A DNA stretch of 64,000 bases from an uncultured virus (IMG/VR IMGVR_UViG_3300044639_000880) (IMGVR_UViG_3300044639_000880:1-64000), one strand, 5' to 3'; positions 18,464 through 26,643 are shown, counted from the stretch's first letter. Notes: generated by a model not told the origin, from the sequence alone. A program made the numbers and translations.

Positions 18464-20101
18464 ATGGCAACTCCAGTATTAAACAATGGTATATTCTTGC
18501 GTGACACAAACTACAATGCTAGTTCTCACGTAGATTCATACCACTTAGTAAACATGTTAAAAGATGCAGAACCAATGGACTTAGGTCCGGTAGACATTTG
18601 GGCTATGGCTCAAAAAGTTGAAATGCCTCTTTACCAATTATCTTCATTTGGTGGTAAGAATATTATCATGGTTGAAAATGCTCGTGGTGAGTACAAATGG
18701 CAAACTCCTGTTAGTCAAGACTTACCATACATCATTGAAGACATTGAACCAGCTAACCTTACTAAAGGTGTTGATGGTACTCCTTTCAAAATTAAAGTTA
18801 ACAAGCGTGAGTTTGGTCATGGTGATATTATCACTTATGACAAATACAATGGTTGTGAGATGTACATTACTGCAGATGATATCCTACCTATGGGTGATGG
18901 TTTTATCTACACTGTACAATTAGTAAACAATGACAACTACAAGTTCCTTGAGAACAAGTATTTAGTATCTCAAACTAAATTATTCCGTAAAGGTTCTGCC
19001 CGCGGAGAGTATGGTGAGAGATTCTCTGATATTCAGACTCGCTCTGGATTCCGTGAGTTCTATAACTTCGTAGGAGGTGCAGAAGCTCATGTACATTATT
19101 CTATCTCATCTCGTGCTGACTTGATGTTAAAAGGTGGAATGGCTGCAGATGGTACAGTTCCTGTAACTGAGATCTGGAGAAACTTTGATACACAATTAGA
19201 TCCTGCTATTAGCAAGATTGAAGATGTAGCAAGCAAAATGGGTAAAGATTACTTAAAGCGTGCTATTGGTAATGGTACTTTAACCCGTACTTTCTTAACT
19301 ACTATGGAAGCAGCTCACTTAACTAAGATTGCTACTGACATCGAGACTTACTTAATGTGGGGTCATGGTGGACGTATTAAGCAAGATGGTCCAGATGACA
19401 TGCGTTTATCAGTAGGTTTATGGAAGCAATTAGACAACTCTTACAAGCGTGTGTATAACAAAGCTAGCTTTAGCTTAGAATTATTCCGTGCTGAGTTATA
19501 TAACTTCTATGCAGGACGTGTTGAATTCCAAGGTCCAGATCCTAAGAGACAATTAATTGTTCAAACAGGTATGGGTGGTATGAGATTAGTAAATGAGGCT
19601 ATCAAGCGTGAGGCAGTAAACACAGGTTTAATGATCAACATGGGTGATGGTAAAAATGGTGGAGGCGGTATTGGAGCTATCACTGGTCAAGGTATGGATC
19701 TAAACTTTGGATTCTCTTTCACTAGTTATGTAATTCCTTTCTTAGCTAATGTTAAGTTTGTTCTTAACCCAGCATTTGATAACTTACACACTAATGATAT
19801 TGAGAACCCAATCATTGATGGAAATCCATTAAGCTCTTATAGCTTTGTGATCTTTGATATCACTGATACAGGAAATGACAACATCTTCATGTTGAAATTA
19901 TCTTGGGATAATCAATTAAAGTGGTGGTACCAAAATGGTACTATGGATTACATGGGAAGAACTCAAGGGTTCCAATCTAGTGGACAATTCAATGGATACC
20001 GTGTTATGATGACTCAAACAATGCCAGCTATCTGGGTAAAAGATCCTACCAAGGTTCTTAAGATTGTAATGAGAAATCCTATCACTGGAGGATCATTCTA
20101 A
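18464..20101 (+). CDS. Major capsid protein (crAss-like)
   Basis: 545 aa; position after portal/scaffold; strongly biased codons and long A-rich leader; YLMWG..G..K...G....GLW.QL segment. Confidence 0.88.
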   Translation: MATPVLNNGIFLRDTNYNASSHVDSYHLVNMLKDAEPMDLGPVDIWAMAQKVEMPLYQLSSFGGKNIIMVENARGEYKWQTPVSQDLPYIIEDIEPANLTKGVDGTPFKIKVNKREFGHGDIITYDKYNGCEMYITADDILPMGDGFIYTVQLVNNDNYKFLENKYLVSQTKLFRKGSARGEYGERFSDIQTRSGFREFYNFVGGAEAHVHYSISSRADLMLKGGMAADGTVPVTEIWRNFDTQLDPAISKIEDVASKMGKDYLKRAIGNGTLTRTFLTTMEAAHLTKIATDIETYLMWGHGGRIKQDGPDDMRLSVGLWKQLDNSYKRVYNKASFSLELFRAELYNFYAGRVEFQGPDPKRQLIVQTGMGGMRLVNEAIKREAVNTGLMINMGDGKNGGGGIGAITGQGMDLNFGFSFTSYVIPFLANVKFVLNPAFDNLHTNDIENPIIDGNPLSSYSFVIFDITDTGNDNIFMLKLSWDNQLKWWYQNGTMDYMGRTQGFQSSGQFNGYRVMMTQTMPAIWVKDPTKVLKIVMRNPITGGSF

Positions 20102-20106
20102 TACTT

Positions 20107-20198
20107 GTGCTTGAGGGAAGATTTTTCATACTTTTCTTCCCTCATATAAGCACCTGCCTGGGGATGCGTCATTAACAGAGCTCGTAACTCTGCCCAGG
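20107..20198 (+). ncRNA. Structured intergenic RNA element after the MCP gene
   Basis: Stem TGAGGGAAGA/TCTTCCCTCA extended by GTGCT/AGCAC, then CCTGGG/CCCAGG stacked on CAGAG-CTCGTAA-CTCTG; no U-tail. Confidence 0.4.
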
Positions 20199-20229
20199 AA
20201 CTAATTATTAATATTTAAAAACATATACA

Positions 20230-20817
20230 ATGAAATTATTCAATAACAATCCAGCAAGTACTTTTAAAAATATTAAACAATTTGTAACTTATTTTCAAGG
20301 AGATAATAGACTTGGGGCAAGCATACAACAAGTAAATGATGTAATTACAAATTTTAATAGTATACTTTCATATAGAGTATATGATTTGTTAATCTCAATT
20401 CCTGGTCCAGTTTTTCAACCAGAAAATTTTCGATTACTTGCTACTGGTGGTAATAATGAAACAGGTTGTACTGTAAGTTGTAATCCAAATTATCAAACAT
20501 GTTGTGCTGGACAAAGTAAAGAGGATGTAGGCTTTGTTATGGACTCTGTAGTTTATATTGGGGTTGGTGTATACGACTTTACTTTTAAGGCTAATGCAAA
20601 GGTTTATCCAACAGGAATAGACCATATAGGATTTTCTTTTACTCCTTTTTCTGATATAGCTCATCAGGTGGCTGTTGAAAGAATAATATCTGGAGGTACT
20701 GTTGATCCATTAATTGCCACATACAGAGTTAAAACTTTTAATGCAGCAGTACCTGCAGATAATATTTTAAATAAAACTATAATGGCTACAAAAACCTATT
20801 TTATAGGAGTAAATTAA
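20230..20817 (+). CDS. Hypothetical, possible capsid decoration protein
   Basis: Beta-rich ORF immediately after MCP. Confidence 0.55.
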   Translation: MKLFNNNPASTFKNIKQFVTYFQGDNRLGASIQQVNDVITNFNSILSYRVYDLLISIPGPVFQPENFRLLATGGNNETGCTVSCNPNYQTCCAGQSKEDVGFVMDSVVYIGVGVYDFTFKANAKVYPTGIDHIGFSFTPFSDIAHQVAVERIISGGTVDPLIATYRVKTFNAAVPADNILNKTIMATKTYFIGVN

Positions 20818-20855
20818 GATCAAATAAATAATATAAACCAACAAAAAAAACCAAC

Positions 20856-21872
20856 ATGAGTATCACAATTGTATCCCTAGCTGAGACAGCTAAATCTGGC
20901 AGTATATCTGTTAAACCGTTCTTTGACCCCAATAAAGCTAATCTAGGCCTAGAGAAATATGGCTTAGCATTATTTGATGGAGTATTTCATGAAGAGCAAC
21001 TTGCTTGTATTGAGCGTAATGGTATCAAGAGATACATTACAGGTCTTAATGAGTTTGCCCCAGAGGTTAAACTTATTGCAGACAAAGAAGTACGCGAAGC
21101 TAAGATCAGAGAGATCCGTACAATAGTAACACAACTTGAAAGAGAACTTGCTACTAATGTGCTAGATCCTGAGGATCCTGATTTTTGGAATAAAGTTCAA
21201 TTACTTCAACCAAACAATCATGAGTTCTGGGAAAGAATCTCAATCCGTTGTGGTAATGAGCCGGTGCATTTAGATCCTGCAAAAGATCCTTATGACTTAA
21301 TTAAGTTATATGCAATTGATGCTGGTGGATTCTCTATTGTATGTAAAAGTTATGATGAGGCCCGCAGTAAAGCTGTTCCACCTAAGTTTTACTTAGACAG
21401 ATTTATAGATACTGTATCTACTAAAACTGAGATCAGCAAAATCCGTAATAAAGCATTATCTGAGCTTATTAAAATGTTTGATAAAAACCAGAATAAGTTG
21501 TTTTATGTATGTAAAGTTGTTGATGGAAATAGTGTTCAATACAAGAAGACTACTCCTAATGATGTTCTATATGACAACATGGATAAATTCATTACAGGAG
21601 AAGGTATTGAGACTAACTTAAGAAGAGCTGCTCAGACATTCTTGGATGCATGCGCGCTAGATATGGAGACACTTAAAATTAAGTCAATTGTAAAAGATGC
21701 AACTTTTTATAAGTTTATCTCTCCTAAAGCTGACGGGTTTATCTACCACACAGACAGTGCTTCAATGTTAGGTAGAAATGTATCTGATTGTATAGAGTAT
21801 TTGAAGAATCCATTAAATGATTCTATCTTACTTGATTTAACTAAGAAAGTAGAAAAGTATTGGAGTGTATAA
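20856..21872 (+). CDS. Conserved crAss-like post-MCP protein
   Basis: Synteny; helical protein with FW...I...N.PV.LDP segment and C-terminal LG.....C.EYLKNP. Confidence 0.65.
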   Translation: MSITIVSLAETAKSGSISVKPFFDPNKANLGLEKYGLALFDGVFHEEQLACIERNGIKRYITGLNEFAPEVKLIADKEVREAKIREIRTIVTQLERELATNVLDPEDPDFWNKVQLLQPNNHEFWERISIRCGNEPVHLDPAKDPYDLIKLYAIDAGGFSIVCKSYDEARSKAVPPKFYLDRFIDTVSTKTEISKIRNKALSELIKMFDKNQNKLFYVCKVVDGNSVQYKKTTPNDVLYDNMDKFITGEGIETNLRRAAQTFLDACALDMETLKIKSIVKDATFYKFISPKADGFIYHTDSASMLGRNVSDCIEYLKNPLNDSILLDLTKKVEKYWSV

Positions 21873-21895
21873 TAAAAACTAAAAAATAATATATC

Positions 21896-22066
21896 ATGAC
21901 TGGACAAATGAAAAACCCAAATGTATGTCCTGTAGTTGTAACAACTCCAGGCGGGCGCGTAGGAGGCACAAATGCTTCTGTAACAGTATTAACTAACCCA
22001 ACCAAGTATACTGGTGGCTTTAATAAAGCTGCTTGTGATGTACCAACTGGTAAATTAAAAAAATAA
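21896..22066 (+). CDS. Small basic repeat protein (56 aa), paralogue of 22390
   Basis: Translated by hand: VVVTTPGGRVGGTN..VTVLTNPTKYTGGFN; A-rich leader. Confidence 0.7.
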   Translation: MTGQMKNPNVCPVVVTTPGGRVGGTNASVTVLTNPTKYTGGFNKAACDVPTGKLKK

Positions 22067-22069
22067 GAC

Positions 22070-22387
22070 ATGGCAAAAAAACTAGAAAAAGCCCAAGCGG
22101 GTAAGATAGTAAAAGCAGTAGCCAAGGGTGCTAAAGGCGCATATAAAAATTATATGAGGAATGTAGACCAGCCTAGAACTAAAGCTTACGTAGCTGCATT
22201 AGGTGTTGGAGCAGGTGCTGGTTATGCTGCACTAACACCAACCATCCGGAAAGTTGAAGCTAGAGAAAAAGCTTTAGTACCAATTAAAGAAAAATATGGA
22301 AACAATGTAGCAGATTCTACAAGAGCTAAGATGCGAAGGATGGACGATAAAAAAACAGGTGGAGCAACTAAATCTAAAAAGAAATAA
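22070..22387 (+). CDS. Tag-flanked Lys-rich mini-protein
   Basis: MAKKLEKAQAGK...KKTGGATKSKKK. Confidence 0.8.
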   Translation: MAKKLEKAQAGKIVKAVAKGAKGAYKNYMRNVDQPRTKAYVAALGVGAGAGYAALTPTIRKVEAREKALVPIKEKYGNNVADSTRAKMRRMDDKKTGGATKSKKK

Positions 22388-22389
22388 TT

Positions 22390-22590
22390 ATGAAAGATAT
22401 CAAAGCTAAAGTGGTTACTAAACCTACAGGTAAAACAGGTGGTACTAATGGTACTGCTAAAGTACAAAAAAGTATTAAAGCTAAACCTTCTGGTAAAGTT
22501 AACACTCCACCAAAAGGTGCAGTTCCTGCTGCTAAGTATGGTACTATGATGAAAAAAGGCGGTATGGTTAAATCTAAAAAATCTTGTTAA
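22390..22590 (+). CDS. Small basic repeat protein with GG motifs
   Basis: VVTKPTGKTGGTN...AKYG.MMKKGGMVKSKK. Confidence 0.75.
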   Translation: MKDIKAKVVTKPTGKTGGTNGTAKVQKSIKAKPSGKVNTPPKGAVPAAKYGTMMKKGGMVKSKKSC

Positions 22591-22591
22591 T

Positions 22592-22843
22592 ATGAAAAAG
22601 TTAGCTAAAAAACAAACAGGTGGATCTAAAGCTACAATCACTAGCACAACAGGTACTGCAACTAAGAAGATTCGTCCAGTAATTGGAAAAGGTCCTACTA
22701 GAGAAAAAAGTATAGCTGATTTACCTCCAGCAAAAAATCCAATGTCTGGTCCATCATCACCAAAACCTTCTAATCTTATACCACGTAAGATGAAGAGTGG
22801 TGGATCAACCGGTGCATTTGATAGATATTCTAAAAAGAAATAG
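22592..22843 (+). CDS. Tag-flanked Lys-rich mini-protein
   Basis: MKKLAKKQTGG...KMKSGG. Confidence 0.75.
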   Translation: MKKLAKKQTGGSKATITSTTGTATKKIRPVIGKGPTREKSIADLPPAKNPMSGPSSPKPSNLIPRKMKSGGSTGAFDRYSKKK

Positions 22844-22845
22844 TA

Positions 22846-23079
22846 ATGGCAAAAAAATTAGCAAAAGCTCAATTTGGTAAAATAATCAAAGCAGCTGTTA
22901 AAACAGTAGCTAAAGAAGCAAAGCCTGTAGTTAAGGCTGTAAAACCTATGCTTGATATTTCAAAAAAAGAAGTAGGTAATGCAGTAGCTTTATCTGAAAG
23001 AGCTAGATTAAAAGCACATCTTGAATCTTTATCTAAGAAAAAAATGGGTGGTGCCACTAAAACTAAAAAAAAGAAATAA
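22846..23079 (+). CDS. Tag-flanked Lys-rich mini-protein
   Basis: MAKKLAKAQFGK...KKMGGATKTKKKK. Confidence 0.8.
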   Translation: MAKKLAKAQFGKIIKAAVKTVAKEAKPVVKAVKPMLDISKKEVGNAVALSERARLKAHLESLSKKKMGGATKTKKKK

Positions 23080-23081
23080 TC

Positions 23082-23408
23082 ATGGCAAAAAAATGTGCAG
23101 CTTGTGAAAAAGCTAAAATGAAAAAAATGCAGTCTGGTGGTTCTATAGAGAGTTTTTTAAAATCAAAACCTTCTAAATCAGATAGTGCTAGAGCTGCTGA
23201 AAGTAAAAAAGCTATTAATGAATATATGAGTAAAAGCTTTAACAAAGATGTTAAAAATAGTCCTATAAGTAATGCAGCTAAAACTAAGACTATGGCTAAA
23301 GGTGGTTCTTTCCCTGATCTTAATAAAGATGGAAAAGTAACTAAAGCTGATATCTTAAAAGGCAGAGGTGTTATTAAAAAAATGGGTGGTCCTACTAAAA
23401 AGAAGTAA
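23082..23408 (+). CDS. Tag-flanked Lys-rich mini-protein with EF-hand/dockerin-like loop
   Basis: KMQSGG...MAKGG-SFPDLNKDGKVTKADIL...KKMGGPTKKK. Confidence 0.8.
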   Translation: MAKKCAACEKAKMKKMQSGGSIESFLKSKPSKSDSARAAESKKAINEYMSKSFNKDVKNSPISNAAKTKTMAKGGSFPDLNKDGKVTKADILKGRGVIKKMGGPTKKK

Positions 23409-23409
23409 T

Positions 23410-23691
23410 ATGAAAAAACTAGCAAAAGCTCAAATGGGCAAGATTGTTAAATCTGTAGGTAATACACTTCTTAAGAAAAGACCTACAAAACAAGTCTTTG
23501 GTGCAGCTGGTGCTATAACTGGTGGTTTAGGAACTGCAGCTGCTATCTCAACATATCAAGCTAAAAAACAATTTGCAGAAAAAGAAAAAAGTCCAGAAGG
23601 TATTGCTCAAAAGAAAAAGTATGAAGATTTAAAAAAACAATATCCAAAGTCTTTTAAAAAAAAGATGGGTGGCTCAATTAAAAAGAAATAG
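23410..23691 (+). CDS. Tag-flanked Lys-rich mini-protein
   Basis: Start corrected to 23410: MKKLAKAQMGK...KKMGGSIKKK. Confidence 0.8.
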   Translation: MKKLAKAQMGKIVKSVGNTLLKKRPTKQVFGAAGAITGGLGTAAAISTYQAKKQFAEKEKSPEGIAQKKKYEDLKKQYPKSFKKKMGGSIKKK

Positions 23692-23692
23692 T

Positions 23693-23983
23693 ATGAAAAA
23701 AACAAGTAAAGCTTTACCTAAAGCACAGTATGGAAAAGTTATAAAAGCTGCTGGTAAAAGAGCTGCAGATGCTATAGTAAGAAAGAAAGAAATGGCTAAT
23801 GATCTTAAAGCAGCAGCTGCACTAGGAGTAGGAGCAGGAGGATGGATGGCTGTAAATGAAGATGTTAAAAAGAAAAAATTAGGACCATACTCTTCAAATA
23901 GCAGTGTTAACAAAACTCAAACAGACTCTCTTAGTAAAGCAAAGAAAAAAGTAGGTGGTGCTATTAAAAGTAAAAAGAAATAG
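23693..23983 (+). CDS. Tag-flanked Lys-rich mini-protein
   Basis: Start corrected to 23693: MKKTSKALPKAQYGK...KKVGGAIKSKKK. Confidence 0.8.
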   Translation: MKKTSKALPKAQYGKVIKAAGKRAADAIVRKKEMANDLKAAAALGVGAGGWMAVNEDVKKKKLGPYSSNSSVNKTQTDSLSKAKKKVGGAIKSKKK

Positions 23984-23985
23984 TA

Positions 23986-24141
23986 ATGGCTGAAAAAAAG
24001 GATAAGAATTGGATACAAAAAGCAGTTAATCCTGCACATAAAGGATACTGCACTCCAATGACTAAAGCTACTTGTACTCCTAAAAGGAAAGCATTAGCTA
24101 TGACTTTTAAGAAAATGGCAGCTGCTAGAAAAAAGAAATAA
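23986..24141 (+). CDS. Small basic protein (51 aa)
   Basis: Translated by hand: MAEKKDKNWIQKAVNPAHKGYCTPMTKATCTPKRKALAMTFKKM... Confidence 0.75.
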   Translation: MAEKKDKNWIQKAVNPAHKGYCTPMTKATCTPKRKALAMTFKKMAAARKKK

Positions 24142-24142
24142 T

Positions 24143-24292
24143 ATGGCAAAGCAGATGATCAAAAGAAAAGATGGTAGTGTATCTCAAAGAGGTCTTTGGG
24201 ATAACATCAGAGCTAACAAAGGTTCTGGTAAAGCACCTACCAAAGAAATGCTTAAACAAGAAAAAAAGATTAAAGCTAAAACTAAGAAATAA
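24143..24292 (+). CDS. Small basic protein (49 aa)
   Basis: Translated by hand: MAKQMIKRKDGSVSQRGLWDNIRANKGSGKAPTKEML...; TAATG coupling to the next gene. Confidence 0.75.
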   Translation: MAKQMIKRKDGSVSQRGLWDNIRANKGSGKAPTKEMLKQEKKIKAKTKK

Positions 24293-24564
24293 TGGCAAAG
24301 ACTGCAGCTTGGACCAGAAAAGAAGGTAAGAATCCTTCTGGAGGATTAAATAAAAAAGGTGTTGCTTCTTATAGAGCAGCTAATCCTGGTAGTAAACTTC
24401 AAACAGCTGTTACTACTAAACCATCTAAACTTGATCCGGATAGCAAAGATGCTAAAAGGAGAAAGTCATTTTGTGCAAGAATGTCTGGTGTTAAAGGACC
24501 TATGAAAGATGAAAAAGGAAGACCTACTAGAAAAGCTCTTTCTTTAAAAAAGTGGAACTGTTAA
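24292..24564 (+). CDS. Conserved small basic phage protein (possibly DUF6321-like)
   Basis: AWTRKEGKNPSGGLN...RRKSFCARMSG...KWNC pattern recalled from aquatic phages. Confidence 0.75.
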   Translation: MAKTAAWTRKEGKNPSGGLNKKGVASYRAANPGSKLQTAVTTKPSKLDPDSKDAKRRKSFCARMSGVKGPMKDEKGRPTRKALSLKKWNC

Positions 24565-24575
24565 AATAATATACT

Positions 24576-25181
24576 ATGAAAAAAACAACTAACTCAAATC
24601 CATTAAAGTACTTTAATGATGAGAAGGCTAAAAAAGTAGCTAAGCTTACTAAGGCTCAAGATGGGATGAACTATACTCGTAAATATGTATCTAATGTATT
24701 TGACAATGACCAATCTTTTTTAAATAGTACTAAAGAGGCACCTAAGAAATTTAATATTGTAAAAAACATTAAAGAAAAAATTAATGAGTATAAAGAAGAT
24801 AAAGCCAATAGAGATGCTTATAAAAATAGACCAAGATTTACAGCTACATCTGTATTGGTTCCAATACCTGAATCCTATACAAATACAAAAGCTGTGTCTG
24901 ATACTTCTTCTACTAAAAAAGTTAATACTACCCCTACTAAAAAAGTAGAAACAAAAGGTCCTAAAGGAGTAATTCCAGGAACTAGTACAAGTAAAAGTAC
25001 TTATACAGATAAAGATAGTAAACCTGTTTATACAGATACTTCTAGACCTAATGAATACTTTACTATGACAAAAACAAAAGCTGGTCAGGATAGTTTAGCT
25101 CCATACAATTCTCAAATGGGATTATATGGTGAAGTAAGAAAAAAATCAGGTGGTCAAACTAAATCTAAAAAGAAGAAATAA
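24576..25181 (+). CDS. Tag-flanked Lys/Thr-rich protein
   Basis: KLTKAQDG...RKKSGGQTKSKKKK. Confidence 0.75.
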   Translation: MKKTTNSNPLKYFNDEKAKKVAKLTKAQDGMNYTRKYVSNVFDNDQSFLNSTKEAPKKFNIVKNIKEKINEYKEDKANRDAYKNRPRFTATSVLVPIPESYTNTKAVSDTSSTKKVNTTPTKKVETKGPKGVIPGTSTSKSTYTDKDSKPVYTDTSRPNEYFTMTKTKAGQDSLAPYNSQMGLYGEVRKKSGGQTKSKKKK

Positions 25182-25366
25182 TGGGAAAATATAAATTACC
25201 AAGCTATCCTAACAGTGAAAACCAGGATGCAAAGAATAACAAGATTATGGAGCAATTCCGTAAGTTTAAAGAACAAGGTAACCGCGTAGAGGCTGTTAGT
25301 GTATTCAACTTAGACAACATGCCTCCAACTGTAGTTCCTGATTTTAAAAAACCTAAGAAAAAATAA
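25181..25366 (+). CDS. Small hypothetical protein
   Basis: TAATG coupling on both sides. Confidence 0.6.
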   Translation: MGKYKLPSYPNSENQDAKNNKIMEQFRKFKEQGNRVEAVSVFNLDNMPPTVVPDFKKPKKK

Positions 25367-26070
25367 TGTTAGCTAGCACTATACTTTTAAAGGTTCAAGA
25401 AAGACTTAATAAGCTTGCAAGTAATGACTATGATAATATTCAGAACTGGCAAATTGTTGAAGCTTTTAATAAGGGTCAAGTAGATTGGTGCCGTAGAAAC
25501 CTTCATGGTTTAAATATTGTTAAAGAAGGTGATGAGCAATCTACTCGTAGAATAGATGACTTGCAAGTACTGCTTGTTAATACTATTTTAAATATGAATA
25601 ACAAACAAACCTATTATGAAAGTGTGACCTTTCCTACTGATTATTTACAGTGGAAAAGAGTATCTGCAGGCGCTACTAGTGAATGTTGTCCAGATCCTAA
25701 ACCTATTGTTATATACTTAGCTGAGGTTGCCAATGTGGATGAGCTTCTTAGAGATTTTAATAAGCGCCCAGACTTTGAGTTTGGTGAAACTTTTGCTACC
25801 TTATCTAACAATAATTTAAAGATCTATACTAATGGTTTATTTAAACCGGTTAATGTAACTTTATATTATTATAGACAACCTGTAAGAATGCAGATTGCTG
25901 GAGTAGAAGATCCTTACACAGGACTTATCCCTACAGTAACAGTTAATCCTGAATTTAAGGATGACTTAGTAGAGGTGTTTGTAGATGAAGCGGTTAAGAT
26001 CCTTGCCGGTGATATTGAGTCTATGACTCAGTACCAAAGAATGAGTCAATCAACAGAAGAAAATAACTAA
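25366..26070 (+). CDS. Putative tail ring / head-tail adaptor protein
   Basis: RLNKL.S....I....I..AFN..Q N-terminus and YYRQP...V...V.IL C-terminus; crAss-like synteny. Confidence 0.7.
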   Translation: MLASTILLKVQERLNKLASNDYDNIQNWQIVEAFNKGQVDWCRRNLHGLNIVKEGDEQSTRRIDDLQVLLVNTILNMNNKQTYYESVTFPTDYLQWKRVSAGATSECCPDPKPIVIYLAEVANVDELLRDFNKRPDFEFGETFATLSNNNLKIYTNGLFKPVNVTLYYYRQPVRMQIAGVEDPYTGLIPTVTVNPEFKDDLVEVFVDEAVKILAGDIESMTQYQRMSQSTEENN

Positions 26071-26072
26071 TC

Positions 26073-26573
26073 ATGGAAGAAACACAATCTAGATTTTTAA
26101 AAAGAACTCCTGAAAAAATACAAGGAATCAGTAGACCAAAACCTGAACCGGTAAAAGCAAATCCTGCACCAAATACTGGAGCAGGTGGAAGTTCTGTGGA
26201 TAATATGGTATCAGCATGTGCCTCAGAACTCATGAATGCTAGAACTAGTTTTCATAAACTTCATTTAAAGATTAAAGGTGATGGTTCTTATGCAGCTCAT
26301 ACTGCTCTAAATGCTTTCTACGATGAACTACCTGATCAAACAGACACTCTTATTGAAGGCTACCAAGGAGCTGCTGAAAAACTATTAAGTTATACAGAAA
26401 CTACTCCTAGAATACTAGATACAGTTTCAGATGCTGTAGCTTATTTAAGAGATTTGTCAGCTATTATCACAAAACTACAAGGAATGCTGCCTTACTCAGA
26501 AATTGTTAACAACTTAGATCTAGTTAAAGACTCTATTAATTCAACTAAATATAAATTACTTTTCTTAAAATAA
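26073..26573 (+). CDS. Ferritin/Dps-like four-helix-bundle protein
   Basis: HKLHL...SYAAHTAL..FYD....D.LIE.YQG ferroxidase-type pattern; C-terminal KYKL. Confidence 0.75.
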   Translation: MEETQSRFLKRTPEKIQGISRPKPEPVKANPAPNTGAGGSSVDNMVSACASELMNARTSFHKLHLKIKGDGSYAAHTALNAFYDELPDQTDTLIEGYQGAAEKLLSYTETTPRILDTVSDAVAYLRDLSAIITKLQGMLPYSEIVNNLDLVKDSINSTKYKLLFLK

Positions 26574-26643
26574 TTTGCATATAATAAAACTAATTAATAC
26601 ATTTACTACTTATTTATTTATAAACTAAAAAACAAAAAAAAAC

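Noticed and set aside
12077..20101. Introns or inteins in terL, portal or MCP
   Set aside because: ORFs are continuous, of expected size, with no splice-junction or homing-endonuclease motifs seen
20157..20198. tRNA or known ribozyme call for the post-MCP structure
   Set aside because: Too short for a cloverleaf; hammerhead and HDV core motifs could not be matched by eye
22070..23983. Classical double-glycine-leader bacteriocin cluster
   Set aside because: GG is mostly near the C-terminus, leaders are basic rather than the canonical type, and no C39 peptidase/ABC exporter is in the window
21896..25181. CRISPR array or DGR explanation for the repeated tags
   Set aside because: Repeats are conserved at the protein level with synonymous variation; no fixed DNA repeat-spacer period, reverse transcriptase or adenine-specific TR/VR pair seen
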